Part shown: piece after piece, positions 13,352 through 26,765 of the stretch | Numbering within the stretch: the first letter of the stretch is position 1 | Layout of the letters: the number at the start of each line of letters is the position of its first letter | NCBI RefSeq assembly: GCF_004010195.1 | Contig: NC_057720.1 | Location: forward strand, 32,255,747-32,319,746 | DNA from: Chiloscyllium plagiosum | Lineage: Eukaryota | Length of the DNA: 64,000 nucleotides | Direction of reading: 5' to 3' | The notes under the pieces: generated by a model | What the model was told of the DNA's origin: nothing | Databases searched by the model: none | Seen by the model: only the letters and a program-made list of their open reading frames with translations | Made by a program: the position numbers and the translations under genes

Positions 13352-15909
13352 GCACAAGGCATTGGCAGGGTAAGCAGTGTTCGGGCTCCTGGGCCCGTCC
13401 ATTCCAGGCAGTGACTTCCTCCCTTCTTTCCTTATCCTTTTTGTCTTCTTTCTTTTTCTTTGTCTTCACCTCACTGTCAGTGGCGGAGGAGGGGGTGACA
13501 TTGTGGAAGGGAGCAGCCAACGTGGGACTCCTGGCGAGGCAGTGGCTTGGCTTGGTGACAGAGCCAGGGGCTCCTGGTTGTGGTGGGCCTAGAGTGGGGA
13601 CTCCAGGCATTGGTTTGGTGGTGGCTTCAGTGGAGCCAAGGACTCCTGGTTGTGGTACATCCAAGCATCGGCATAGCACTGGTGGCAGCACCTGGTTATG
13701 GTAGGCCTGTTATTGGGATGGGCCCAGCGCCTGAAGAATGACAATGTTGGTGGGTCCGGCGCAGGTGGCATTGGTCAGCTAGCTCAGGGCTCAGGATTCA
13801 TGGTGGAGGCAGCGGAGCAACAATAGATTTTCTTTCAGCTTTGTCTTTTTATTCTTGAAGGTATAGACAGGATAGATCGAATGAATCCTTAGAAGAATGT
13901 AAAGGAAGTAGGAGTATACTTAAGAGGAAAATCAGGAGGGCAAAAAGGGGACATGAAATAGCTTTGGAAAATAGAGTTAAGGAGAATCCAAAGGTTTTTC
14001 ACATAGACATTAAGGACAAATGGGTAACTAGGGAGAGAATAGGGCCCCTCAAAGTTCAGCAAGGCGGTCTTTGTGTGGAGCTGCAGGAGATGGGGCAGAT
14101 ACTAAACAAGTATTTTGCATCAATATTTACTGTGGAAAAGGACATGGAAGATATGGAATGTAGGGAAATAATTGGTGATATCTTGAAAAATGTCCATATT
14201 GCAGAGAAAGTGCTGGATGTCTTGCATTGTGTAAAAGTGAATAAATCCCCAGGACCTGATCTGGTGTACTCCCGAACTCTGTGGGAAGCTAGGGAAGTGA
14301 TTGCTGGGCCTCTTACTGAGATGTTTATATCATCAACAGTCACAGGTGAGGTGCTGGAAGACTGGAAGTTGGCTAACATGGTGCCACTGTTTAAGAAATG
14401 AGGTAAGGACAAGCCAGGGAACTGTAGACCCATGAGCCTGATGTCAGTGGTGAGCAAGTTGTTGGAGGGAATCCTGAGGGACAGGATGTATATGTATTTG
14501 GAAAGGCAAAGACTGATTAGGGGTAGTCAACATGGCTTTGTGCATGGGAAATCATGTGTCACAAACTTGATTGAGTTTTTTGAACAAGTAACAAAGAGGA
14601 TTGATGAAGACAGAGTGGTAGATATGATCAATATGGCCTTCAGTGAGGCTTTCTACAAGGTTCCCCATGGGAGACTGGTTAGCAAGGTTAGATCTCATGG
14701 AATACAGGGAGAACTAGCCATTTAGATACAGAACTGGCTCAAAGGTAGAAGACAGAACGTGGTGGTGGAGGGTTGTTTTTCAGACTGGAGGCCTGTGACC
14801 AGTGGAGTGCCACAAAGATCGGTGCTGGGCCACTACTTTTCATCATTTATATAAATGTCTTGGATGTGAGCACAAGAGGTATAGTTAGTAAGTTTGCAGA
14901 TGACACCAAAATTGGAGGTGTAGTGGACAGAGAAGATGGTTATCTCAGATTACAATGGGATCTTGATCAGACGGGCCAATACGCTAAGAAGTGGCAGATG
15001 GAGTTTAATTTAGATAAATGTGAGGTGCTGCATTTTGGGAAAGCAAATCTTAGAAGGACTTATACACTTAATGGTAAGATCCGATGGAGTTTTGCTGAAC
15101 AAAGAAACCATGGAGTACAGTTTCATAGCTCCTTGAATGTGGAGTTGCAGGTAGATAGGATGGTGAAGAAGGCGTTTGGTATGCTTTCCTTTATTGGTCA
15201 GAGTATTGAGTACAGGGTTTGGAAGGTCATGTTGCGGCTGTACAGGACATTGATTGAGCCACTGTTGGAATATTGCATGCAATTCTGGTCTCCTTCCTTT
15301 CAGAAAGATGTTGTGAAACTTGAAAGGGTTCAGAAAAGATTTACAAGGATGTTGCCAGGATTGGAGGATTTGAGCTATGCGGAAAGGTTGAATAGGCTGG
15401 GGCTGTTTTCCCTGGACCGTCGGAGGCTGAGGGGTAACCTTAAAGAGGTTTATAAAATCATGAGGGGCATGGATAGGATAAATCGACTAAGGCTTTTCCC
15501 TGGGGTCGGGAGTCCAGAACTAGAGGACATAGGTTTAGGGTGAGAGGGGAATGATATAAAAGAGACCTGGGGAGCAACTTTCTCATGCAGAGGGTGGTAC
15601 GTGTATAGAATGAGCTGTCAGAGTAAGTGGTGGAGGCTAATACATCTGCAATATTTAAAAGACATCTGGATGGGTATATGAATAGGAAGGGTTTGGAGGG
15701 ATATGGGCAGGTTGCTGGCAGGTGGGACTAGATTTGTTTGGGATCTCTGGTCAGCATGGACAAGTTGGACATCTCTATGACAATGACTCTAAGCACTCAA
15801 ATAGTGTCGTTTGTGGTGACAAATAAAGGTTTTCACTGTAGTTTACAGTGTTGTTCATCGTAGAGTACAAGTGACAATAAATTATCATTCATCCTCAATT
15901 CATTATTCA
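13352..15909 (+). mobile_element. Non-autonomous retroposon with Rex1-like 3' tail, copy 1 (13352-13858 plus 15791-15909, split by a CR1)
   Basis: Collinear with the reverse complement of 35585-36295; ends ttttcactg...tacaagtgacaataaa...tcattca. Confidence 0.75.
13859..15790 (+). mobile_element. 5'-truncated CR1/HER1-like LINE with RT domain (stops and frameshifts)
   Basis: ORFs 13964-14401, 14432-14725 and 14773-15543 (QHGF, KFADDTK, LGLFSL); ctctatgac tail. Confidence 0.95.
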
Positions 15910-16289
15910 GTTTGTGAGTTGGAGGTGAATTGATTGAAATCAATTAACCTTCAGATGTCTTGAGAGGATAGGTGTGGACAGGATGTTTCCTTTCAAGGGA
16001 GAATCTCGAACTCAGGATCACTGTTTAACAATAAACAGTTATTTATTTACAACAGAGATAAGGCAAAAGAATGTTTTCAAAGTATTATGAATTTTGGATT
16101 TCTATCCTTGAAATGGTAATGGAAGCAGAGTCGTTGCTTACTTTTAAGGCAGAGCTGGATAGATTCTTGGTAAGTTAGTGGGTGAAATATTCTCAGGGTC
16201 AACAGGAATATGGATTTGAAGTTAAACTCAGACTGTCTGTAATCTTATTAAATATTAGAACAGGCTTGAGGGACTCTATGAGTGAAGGT

Positions 16290-16410
16290 GAGTAATGCAT
16301 ATGCTGGAGATTAAAGCCAAGAGTGTGGTGCTGGAAAAGCACAGCTGGTCAGGCAGTATCCGAGGAGCAGGAAAATTGTTGTTTCGGGCAAAAGCCCTTC
16401 ATCAGGAATG
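16290..16410 (-). mobile_element. Penelope-like element terminal fragment with hammerhead core
   Basis: Minus strand CTGATGAAGGGCTTTTGCCCGAAAC at 16381-16405; matches 60460-60585. Confidence 0.85.
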
Positions 16411-18879
16411 AGGGACTCTCTGGCCTATTCCTAGATCAGATGTTCAAATGTTTGCATTTAGTTTCAGTTCAGACTGGGTCTACTTTATTGGTGTGTTTGT
16501 GTGCTCACCTTCCAGTGGTCAGGTAACCACTTTGGCTGTCCAAAGGCAGTGATTTTCCTTTTTAAAAACTGTTTCAGATGATGAAATGTCCCATGTATTG
16601 ACATAAGGTGATGAAAGTGAAAAATTAATAAACATATTTCAACTGTGGGAGATATCTCTTGTTCTCTTCCAGCCAATTAAAATGGGTACAAGAGGTACAT
16701 CCCAGCTAATGCAATGTGATCCTATCAGTTCTGTCTTGTATCGTTGCAGCAAAGGCCATTTTAAGTGTTAGCATTAAATGTCTCTGGACCGTTAAGCACA
16801 GTCTCAAATATAAAAGTACAGGCAATATTACAGGTATCTTTTTATCATTAAAGTGAGCAACTTTGGTTACTTTTTAATCCAAGGAAGAAAGTTAAACTTT
16901 ATGTAATGATTTGCCAATTGTCCAGTATTGTGGATAATCAGGTACTGTAAACAAAACTTATCTGTGGCTTAGAAACTAAGCTAATTAGTTATTCTTGTTC
17001 TTTATAAAGTTTGGATCACAAATATCCGCAGTGAGCAAAATAATGTAACAGCAATATCTGCTTGAGTTTATTAAGTAATGCTGTATTCCTAAATATTGTG
17101 TTTGTGAAAGTGCATCCAGAACAAGGATTCACTGAGAAGTGGTCTTGCAGGGCACAGGATAAATAGCCAGGCAAAATCAAGAACATAACCAATAATACTC
17201 ACTCTTGTATACAGCGTTCATTGCTTCTGCAATAGGGAAATTAACTTTTATTTCCTCTCCATCATCATGCACCCATGTAGGAGGTGCTTTGCCTACAACT
17301 CCCTAAGGCAGCATTCAGGCCTCTTTCTGTTGCCAGGACAGATTTCATCAGTCCCAGGAGCAAAGTAGATTGTAAACCCATGGAAAACCACAGAACAAGA
17401 CAAAGAAAGACATAATTTTGTTTATCAGAAATGCTATGTCTTGGCTCCAAATGTTTTGGCAACTCTGATCACTGAAAGAATCCACAGTATTCTGTAGTTT
17501 CAGCAGTAACATAACTTACACTCATTGGATGACTAATAGCCAGCCAGACTGAAAAGAAAATGAAAGTCCACATTTCTTTTCTTTCTCTGACATCCGTCAT
17601 AATTTCCAGACTAGCATCCAGTCAGCGAGTAGCCAGTCATTGCCAGTAAAATGTATTTCCGTTTCCTATTCTCCCTCTCCTCCCCACAAAATTCAAACAA
17701 AAACTCTAATATGTAATTAACAAAAATCAGACCACCCACATTCATATAGTCAGGCAGACTCAGGCAGAAAGCACATTAACTCTTGCTGCACTGAAGTCAG
17801 CTCTGTAATGTAATTTCCAAATCTCAAATATTGGCAATTGAAAAATTGAAATCTCCTTTCGTTGTACAATCCCATTTATATGATAAATACTATCTGTTGT
17901 TAGCTCACTACTGTGTCCATTAAGGGTTCCCCACCATATATATATATATAACTTGCCATTCCACTTGTGTGAAAAATTTTTCAAGATTTTAAAAATGTAT
18001 TTAAAATGTAGTGAGGAAAATTTCTTGACCATTATGTCACATATGTAATCATTTTCTGCTAATTTATTTTAACATTTTTTCATAATGGATTGGAATTATA
18101 AATGACCTTCAGCAAAATTAATGTTAGCAGTGGCAGTCAACCTGCATTACTTCACCAAATGGCATCTTTCATGTATGATCTTTCATCTATTTACAGTGGT
18201 CAATGCCAGAGATCAAAGCACAACTGGCCTCCTACCATATTCACATTTTCCAATAATGATGCTTTGCAACAATACTAGAAGCAACCAGGAATAACACATC
18301 TACTTGTCCTCTCTTGGGCCTCCAAGGCACTAAGATCAAAGGTAGTATCCTTAAAGTTGTCAACTAACTCAGTACAGACCAGCAACTGAACTAAGATTTC
18401 CTTTTCTGTGTATCTCAGTTCAAAACACATCACAACATCAGGTAGTCTTATAAAGTGACTTCTTCCTGTATGGTCTCTATTTCATTCTTTCAGATTCTTC
18501 ATCTCTGTTGCATCTGTTCCGATGCTGCCACCTTCCACCAAGGTAAATACAACATGCATAAATTTCCATTCTAAGTCTTCTGTAACTGTTCAGCAAAGCT
18601 CAACGCACCACATTTTATTTGGAGACACTTTCCAGCCTTCTTGACTCAACATTGAGTTCAATAACAGCAGATCATGAACACAGTCATCCAATTTGATTAC
18701 CCCATCACCAGCCTGTGACTTGCGAGAATGGGTTTTCTCTCGACAGATCTTCTTTTCACACCTAACATTAATACCTATTATTACATCCACAAACCTCCTT
18801 TATAGCCATTAGCACTCATTTTATTTTTTTGCTCTGGGCACCCTCACCACATGTTCCAATTGTTCCTCCTCATTCTTCG

Positions 18880-19025
18880 TCAACAGCATAAAAAACACCA
18901 ATTACCAATCCCTCTTCAATTCTAAAGAAGAATCATTCAATTTGAATTGTTAACACTGTTTCTCTCTACACTGATGCTGCCAGACTTGCTGAGGTACTCC
19001 AGTACTTGCAATTTATATTTCATCT
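18880..19025 (+). mobile_element. Decayed Penelope-like element terminal fragment
   Basis: tctaaagaagaatc...gttaacactgtttctctc...gatgctgccagacttgctgag; like the reverse complement of 56145-56267. Confidence 0.6.
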
Positions 19026-19085
19026 TTAAAAGTGCTAGTTTCAATCAACAATATACTAATTTTGACCAATTCATCAATCTTATAC

Positions 19086-19605
19086 AGTCATAGAGTCATA
19101 CAACATGGAAACAGACCCTTCGGTCTAACTAATTCATGACCAAGTTTCCCAAACTAAACTAGTCTCATTTGCGTGTGTTTGTCCCATGTCCCTCTAAACC
19201 TTTCCTATTCAGTGCACCTGTACAAATATCTTCTAAATGTTGTAACTCTACCTGCTCCTACCACTTCCTCAAGCAGTTAATTCCACATACGAGCCACACT
19301 CTATGAAAACATTTCTCCTCAGGTCCCTTTTAAATCTTTTTCTTCTCATCTTAAAATTATGCCCTTGAGCTTTGCACTCCCCTACCATACCTTTGCTATT
19401 GTCCTTATCTACAGTCCTCCTGATTTGATAAACCTTTATAAGGTCACCACTCAACCTCCTACACTTCAGTGATAAAAGTCCCAGCCTATTCAGCCTCTCT
19501 TTTTAACTCAAACCCTCCAGTCCCTCTAATATCATTGTAAATCTTTTCTGCACCCTCTCCAGTTTAATGCTATCCTTACTGTAGCAGGACAATGAGAACT
19601 GTATA
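19086..19605 (-). mobile_element. CR1/HER1-like LINE 3' end
   Basis: gtcatagagtcata tail; ORF 19269-19454 GDLIKVY..GHNFKMR. Confidence 0.85.
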
Positions 19606-22159
19606 GTCTTAATTATATCTTAATAGCTAACCAATACATAATACAGATTTCAATATTTATGTCGTAAAGTATTGCCAACAAACCAGAATGGATTTTTTTA
19701 AAAGTAACACCTCCCCCAATATACCAGGTTGTTATGATTTTTCAAATTTAATGCCTAATTACTTAAAATACAATCCATGTGTTGCATTGGAATATTTGAT
19801 CAACTAGTGCTGAATTGAAATGGGAACAAGTTAGTCTCTTTGGAGAAAAGTTAATTCTTTTGAGACTTTACATAAAATGGTCACTGCCTTTTCAATAATA
19901 GAGAAATTATAACTAGAGGTATGTAAAATGCAAGTGAAAAATCCTGAAACAATAAAAGATTGTAGGCTTCACAGCAAGTAAGAAAATATAGAAAAATAAT
20001 GGAAATTTCACACTGCTTTTTTATATGATCCAGTCAATTCTCACAATAAATCTGCAGGGCAATCATTACCTTAGGCAGTTGATATTTTAGTGAAAGTTTC
20101 TGATTAACTGATATACAGTGTTAACTGCTTTCAGGGCAAATGCTGACAAATGCCAGGAACACTTAACAGCTTTTTGACTTTCAAATCTCTGCTACTATAA
20201 CCACAGATATCCAAGGTCAATTATATTTGACATTTTCCGATAACCACCATTTTCTGGGTCATCTAGAACTGCATCAAATTTCATTAGGTTTCCTTCTATA
20301 GCTGTTTATACACTCCCTGAGGCTGAAGGAGGAGTCATGTGCTGTTGCTTAAGAACTGATAAGTCTCCAGAGAATGGCTCTGGAAACTACCTCTGAGACC
20401 ACGGCATTGCAGGCAGGAAATTGCCCTGCCCAAACTTTGAAGTCCCCAAGTACCAACCGGCAACAGTAGGTTTCCCTGAGGGATGTCTGTCAACATCACT
20501 GATGTTGCAATGTAATCACAGAGCTTTATGTTGGCTTTTATTTGTTGTTCCACTAAATGGAGGATCCTAAGGCGGCATTCTTCATTACTGGGTTAAAGGT
20601 GCATTTTTGCCCAGCGGGGAAGTTATTTGGTAGGTTCAGTAATTCTACTATTTCAGGTCACTTGATCAAAATATACCAGTTCATCATGTACCATGTCTTC
20701 TCCCACTGGCATCATGTCCAGTTGATCTATGGTGCATTCCTTAAATACATATTTGACAATACTAGATAAAAGATTTACATCACACTCACAGTTTGACTTT
20801 CATACAAAGTGGAGGTTATTCAGGACATTGGTACTTTTTCAATGCTGCCTCATTAACATAAGACTTCTATCTGTTCAACAACGAGTAATTAAAGGTTTAC
20901 AGGGTGAATTTCTCCTCCTGTAACTTCAATTTATATCTTCACAGAGGTGACACAATACTTCGTCTTGTCAATCCTCAGAGTATTTTATGCCTCGGTACTT
21001 GTGTGATTCATTGAGGCAAACTTAAAAGTCAAAAATGATCAAGTCAGGTTTGTATAGTTCATTTCACAAACATTCTAAATGTACCCAATTAACTTAAGCA
21101 ACAGTTTGTTTGTGAAGCTTCTGTAGCCGTAGGAATTTTTAAAAGTTATCTAGTCATGAGATTTTTCGTGGCGCTTCCCTATCCTGGAGGTTTATAAAGA
21201 GATGATTTCTGATGATATTTTAGAAGAGAGAGGATTGATTGCAATGTCTCAGAATGAGTTTGAGTGAGACATTTGAATCTATTTTTCTTGCTTAACTGAT
21301 CAATCTAGGAAGGGTCTACGATCAGGTGTAATATCATCGACATTAATACATGTGTAATTCCCTTGGCGGTAAATAGAGAAACGGTCAATGCGAGTGCATG
21401 CTTTTTCCATTCTGGGCTACAGATCAATAATCTACAAGGGGACAATATCTCATTTCTATAAAATTCCCAAAACAAAGAGAGGCGTTGATCCTTAAAGACT
21501 TCCAAATCGTCTTATTAGTTTATTTGGTTTTAATTCCTTTACTTTTTTTTACTTGAAGTAAAATCTTCTTTAACGATAATGCTCAATTCATGATTGCTAA
21601 GAATGTGAATGTTTATGTGATGGCTTTCCCTGGTTGTGCCAATCAATTATTGTTATATTGTTATTAATGTGAAACAGAGCTCCTCAGATGCTAACAAACA
21701 ATGAAAGGCAAATGAATGATTGTCTGATGCCAAAGTAGCCATGAGATGAACACTAATAGAAGGTCCTAAAGCTTAAGTATATTTACAAATAAAAATCCAT
21801 CCTAATTTTCCAGATAATCTGTGTTTTATAATCAAATTAAGGAAAGGGCTATGCTCAAAGATCAGGAAAGAATTACAGCTGGAGAAAGAGTTGACCTCTA
21901 CTCAAGGAAGTTTTTGTAAAACTCAATGGGCCAGGTTTTCCGAGGAGTAGCAATCTCATGCAGATTGCCACCCTGACTCTTTATTAAGAAAGAAAGGATC
22001 CCGGCACTTCTGAAAAAGAGATTCCATTCAGGGCTCTCTCAGAAATACAGAGCAGACATATAATTGTTAGAAGAAGGCAAACCATGCACCCTTTTCATAA
22101 CAATCAGCTACTGCACTCTGACATTTAACTGTCAAGCTGCATGTACATACATTAAGTGA

Positions 22160-22725
22160 GATATTAGGGTGCTAGGACGGTAGGGCTCCAGATGCATGGG
22201 GTGTAGGATGCCAAGTAAATAGATTGCCAGCTGGGTAGTATGCCAGTTTACACAGGGGAAGGTGCAAGGGGTTAGATGCTAGATGGGTGGGGAGTAAGCT
22301 GCCAAGCAAGTTGCATGCTGGATGGGTAGGGTTCCAGGGTGCCACATCAGTAGGGAGTTAGCTAGATAAGGTTCCAGATGGAGATGTGTAGATTGCAAAG
22401 GGTAGAATGCCAGTTGGATTGGGAGTCAGGTGCCAGGTGTAGGATGCCTGATGAGTATGGGGCATAGTGCCTGGTTAGTGGAGTGTCAGCTGGGTAGGGA
22501 ATAGGGTGCCAGGGTGTAGGATGCCAGTTGAGTAGGATGCCAAATGGGAAGGGGATGGGTTGTGAAATCAGTAGGGTACCAAGTGTGTAGGGTGCTAGAT
22601 GTAAGGTGGCAAGGTACTTGATGCAGTGTTTTGGGAAAATCAGAATCGGTGGGAGAAATCGGAGATGGCAGGAGACTGGGGAGAGAGTCCGGTCCAGTCT
22701 GATGGATGGGAGGTGTCATATTGGA
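22160..22725. repeat. Degenerate G-rich minisatellite (GGGTGCCAG / GTAGGATGCCAG-like units)
   Basis: Recurrent tgccag and gggtag motifs with strong G skew. Confidence 0.65.
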
Positions 22726-22764
22726 ACTATTGGCTGGTCTAATCCAGCAGAGGGTATGAATTGT

Positions 22765-22855
22765 CTCAAGATGTAGTGCTGGAAGTGCACTGCAGGTCAG
22801 GCAGCATCAAAGGAGCAGGAAAATCGATGGTTCGGGCAAAAGCCTTTCATCAAAG
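22765..22855 (-). mobile_element. Penelope-like element terminal fragment
   Basis: gtgctggaagtgcactgcaggtcaggcagcatc...ttcgggcaaaagcctttcatca. Confidence 0.8.
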
Positions 22856-23599
22856 TGAGGTGGCTAGGAGTTGAACCCCAGAGTGCAGAGTGTCAGATCA
22901 AGGTCTGAGGTATTTGGAAGGTAAGGGATCCAAAGGAAGGTACAGTTGGTGGCGTGTTAGGTATGTAATAGTTACTCAAGAGTTAGACTATGTATATTAG
23001 GTAGTCTAACCTTTTCTGAGTAACTATTTTACTTAATTTCATTGCAACCCTCTGAAGTTTCTGATTTTAATGAAGACTTTCATAGAGTTTAAGGTGTGGT
23101 GGAATTGTGCAGCAGAAAATTGAAAAATCTCCCAGGCAATCCCTTTGGGAAGTGCTACAGTGGGAATTCCCCTGGGTCTCATGCATAACTCTCATCTACA
23201 TTGGAATAATGACAGTCTGGCCAGCAGAAAATTGAGGCCAATGTGTTTACATTGAAATGTACATATAAGCTATTAACATATACTTTGAAGTTTAGAATTC
23301 AATGCTTTAATCTTACATACTGAACTACATTGTGCCTGAAAAATTAACTGTGGTGATCAGTTAGTTATAATGATCATATAGTCTACTGGAAATTAGGTTT
23401 CAATGAATTTCATTTCATTACATTTTTGGTGTCATGAAGGAAAGGTCTTTCAATCCAAGAAATGGGATAATTTTGGGCACCAAGGGTCAGCAACAAGCAC
23501 TTTAAGGATGTGCACAATAATAGTCAGATGCTTACCACACTTTGCTCAACTTTGTCCGCAAACATTAGATTGGTTAAAAGCCAGATTTGAAACAGGATG

Positions 23600-23812
23600 A
23601 ACTGCCCTGGCCAAAATTTATTTCTCAACCAATATCACTTTAAAAAAAATCTGGCCATAAAATATAGCTGTTTGTGGAAACTTGCTATCTGCAAATTGCA
23701 TGCTGCATTTCCTACATCACAACAGTGACTAAACCTCAGTGACTTAGCTAGCTGTCACTTTCAAATATCTTGAGGTCATTAAAACAAATACAAACACAAG
23801 TTTTTCTTTCTT
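23600..23812 (+). mobile_element. Decayed Deu-domain SINE (SacSINE1/AmnSINE-like) 3' part
   Basis: ctggccaaaatttatttctcaacc...gctgtttgtggaaacttgct...tttcctacatcacaacagtgact resembles the Deu-domain SINE body as I recall it. Confidence 0.5.
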
Positions 23813-24798
23813 TCTAATGCAACAGCTTTGAATTCAAGACAGAATCACCCAGACAAATCAGTAAAAGGCTAAGATTGTAAATATAGGCTCTGTATTGCCT
23901 CTGAATGGCATTCTACTATTCTTCCTCCATTTTTCCCCCATTGTTCACGTTGCACTCTGTTCTGGGAAGAGTGCTCATCCAGGCATGATGGACATGTGCA
24001 TATGATCTTGCAGTGGGTAGATTGTGCCAGCAAACAGCGCCTCAGAGTAAGGTAAGGCATGTTTCTGTAGGTCTAGTGAAGACCCTGTGCTAATCGCCCA
24101 CAACGAAACAACTTGAAGTGGTTTTGAACTCCTGTTGATCTGGCAAACTTTGCAGAATTACCGTGGAGTCTTTTGTTTTAAAATTCATTCCTGAGATGTG
24201 GGCATCATTGGCTAGGCCAGCATTTTTTGTCCATGCCCAGTTGCTTTGGACAAGGTGGGAGTGAACTGCTACTTTTAACTGCTGCAATTCTTGCAGTGTA
24301 GGTCTCTCTTAGCAAAAGAGATCTAGGATTTGAGTCATCGGCTGTGGAGGAGTTGCAATATAGGTCCAAGTTAGAATGGTACGAAGCTTGGAGGGGAGCT
24401 GAGAGGTGACGGTGTTTCAATTTATCTGCCACCCTTATCTTTCTAGGTGGTAGAGGTTATCGGTTTGAAAGGTGTTATGGAGGAACCTTGATGAGTTACT
24501 GCAAAGCATCTTATAGATGGCATATAGTGCTGCCTCTGCACATCAGTGGAAGGAGTGAATATTGAGATAGTGATAGTGTGCCAACAAGTGGAGTGCTTTA
24601 TATTGGATGGTACCAAGTATTTTTAAGAATTGTTGGTGTTGCTTTCATCTAGGAAAATGGATAGTATTCTATGTCACTCCTGACTTCTGTCTTGTTTATG
24701 GTGGACAAACTTTGAGGAGTAAGGAATTGAGTTCTGCACTGCCTTTGCCCTACTCTTGTATTAATATGGCTTGCCCAGCTCAGTTAATAGCCAAGGAT

Positions 24799-25051
24799 TT
24801 TGTGATGTGGAGGTGCCAGTGTTGGACTGGGGTGGATAAAGTAAAAATCACACAGCGCCAGGTTATAGTCCAACAATGCAAAAGTGAGAACTACAGATGC
24901 TGGACATTAGAGTCGAGAGTGTGGTGCTGGAAAAGCACAGCAGATCCAGCAGCATGTGTGGAGCAGGCAAAAGCCTTTCATCAGGAATAATACCTGAAAA
25001 CCAATAAACCTGTTGAACTATGACCTGATGTTGTGTGATTTTTAACTTTCA
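24799..25051 (-). mobile_element. Penelope-like fold-back insertion (family B) with a family-A end nested at about 24877-24990; CCAAGGAT target duplication
   Basis: aaatcacacagcgccaggttatagtccaaca versus inverted tgttgaactatgacctgatgttgtgtgattt; CCAAGGAT at 24791-24798 and 25052-25059. Confidence 0.75.
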
Positions 25052-26072
25052 CCAAGGATGTTGATAGTGATGGATTCATCAATGATAAAACCATTGAATG
25101 TCAAGGGCAATAGTTAGATTTTATCTGGGTTGTGATGATCTTCATCTGACACTTGTAATAGAGTCATAGCGTCATAGGGTCATAGAGATGTACAGCATGG
25201 AAACAGATCCTTCGGTCCAACCTGTCCATGCCAACCAGATATTCCAACCCGATCTAGTCCCAACTGACAGCACCTGGCCCATATCCCTCCAAACCCTTCC
25301 ATATTTGCAACTGTACCAGCCTCCACCACTTCCTCTGGCAGCTCATTCCATACACGTACCAACCTCTGCGTGAAAACGTTGCCACGTAGGTCTCTTTTAT
25401 ATTTTTCCCCTCTCACCCTAAACCTATGCCCTCTAGTTCTGGACTCCCTCACCCCAGGGAATAGACTTTGTCTATTTATCTTATCCATACCTCTCATGAT
25501 TTTGTAAGCCTCTTTAAGGTCACCCCTCAACCTCCAATGCTCCAGGGAAAACAGCCCCAGCCTGTTCAGCCTCTCCCTATAGCTCGAATCCTCTAACCCT
25601 GGCAACATCCTTGTAAACCTTTTCTGAACCCTTTCAAGTTGCACAACATCTTTCCAATAGGAAGGAGACCAGAATTGCTTGCAATATTCCAATAAGGCCT
25701 AACCGAAGTCCTGTCCAGCCGCAACATGACCTCCCAACTCCTGTACTCAATACTCTGACCAATAAAGGAAAGCATACCAAACGCCCTCTTCATTATCCTA
25801 TCTACCTGCGAATCCACTTTCAAGGAGCTATGAACCTGCACTCCAAGGTCTCTTTGTTCAGTAACACTCCCTAGGAACTTACTATTAAGTGTATAAGTCC
25901 TGCTAAGATTTGCTTTCCCAAAATGCAGCACCTCATATTTATCTGAATTAAACTCCATCTGCCACTTCTCAGTCCATTGGCTCATCTGGTCCAGATCCTG
26001 TTGTAATCTGAGTTAACCTCTTCGCTGTCCACTACACCTCCAATTTTGGTGTCATCTGCAAACTTACTAACT

Positions 26073-26765
26073 NNNNNNNNNNNNNNNNNNNNNNNNNNNN
26101 NNNNNNNNNNNNNNNNNNNNNNNNNNNNNNNNNNNNNNNNNNNNNNNNNNNNNNNNNNNNNNNNNNNNNNNNNNNNNNNNNNNNNNNNNNNNNNNNNNNN
26201 NNNNNNNNNNNNNNNNNNNNNNNNNNNNNNNNNNNNNNNNNNNNNNNNNNNNNNNNNNNNNNNNNNNNNNNNNNNNNNNNNNNNNNNNNNNNNNNNNNNN
26301 NNNNNNNNNNNNNNNNNNNNNNNNNNNNNNNNNNNNNNNNNNNNNNNNNNNNNNNNNNNNNNNNNNNNNNNNNNNNNNNNNNNNNNNNNNNNNNNNNNNN
26401 NNNNNNNNNNNNNNNNNNNNNNNNNNNNNNNNNNNNNNNNNNNNNNNNNNNNNNNNNNNNNNNNNNNNNNNNNNNNNNNNNNNNNNNNNNNNNNNNNNNN
26501 NNNNNNNNNNNNNNNNNNNNNNNNNNNNNNNNNNNNNNNNNNNNNNNNNNNNNNNNNNNNNNNNNNNNNNNNNNNNNNNNNNNNNNNNNNNNNNNNNNNN
26601 NNNNNNNNNNNNNNNNNNNNNNNNNNNNNNNNNNNNNNNNNNNNNNNNNNNNNNNNNNNNNNNNNNNNNNNNNNNNNNNNNNNNNNNNNNNNNNNNNNNN
26701 NNNNNNNNNNNNNNNNNNNNNNNNNNNNNNNNNNNNNNNNNNNNNNNNNNNNNNNNNNNNNNNNN
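26073..26765. other. Assembly gap
   Basis: N run. Confidence 1.

Larger units (their letters stand above)
11520..16290 (+). mobile_element. Old CR1 ORF2 (RT) remnant, interrupted by a Penelope-like element, a non-autonomous retroposon and a younger CR1
   Basis: Decayed RT motifs (gtggatgtattgtatttagatttccaaaag = VDVLYLDFQK; SDDKKIG); pieces 11520-12125, 12721-13351 and 15910-16290 are collinear. Confidence 0.8.

Noticed and set aside
13338..13771. Overlapping GC-rich ORFs (also 35590-36308 and 38700-39130)
   Set aside because: Low-complexity repeat bodies of the retroposon; peptides are not conserved between copies
22160..22725. CRISPR-like or coding (collagen-like) repeat
   Set aside because: No constant repeat/spacer structure and no sustained Gly-X-Y frame; eukaryotic context
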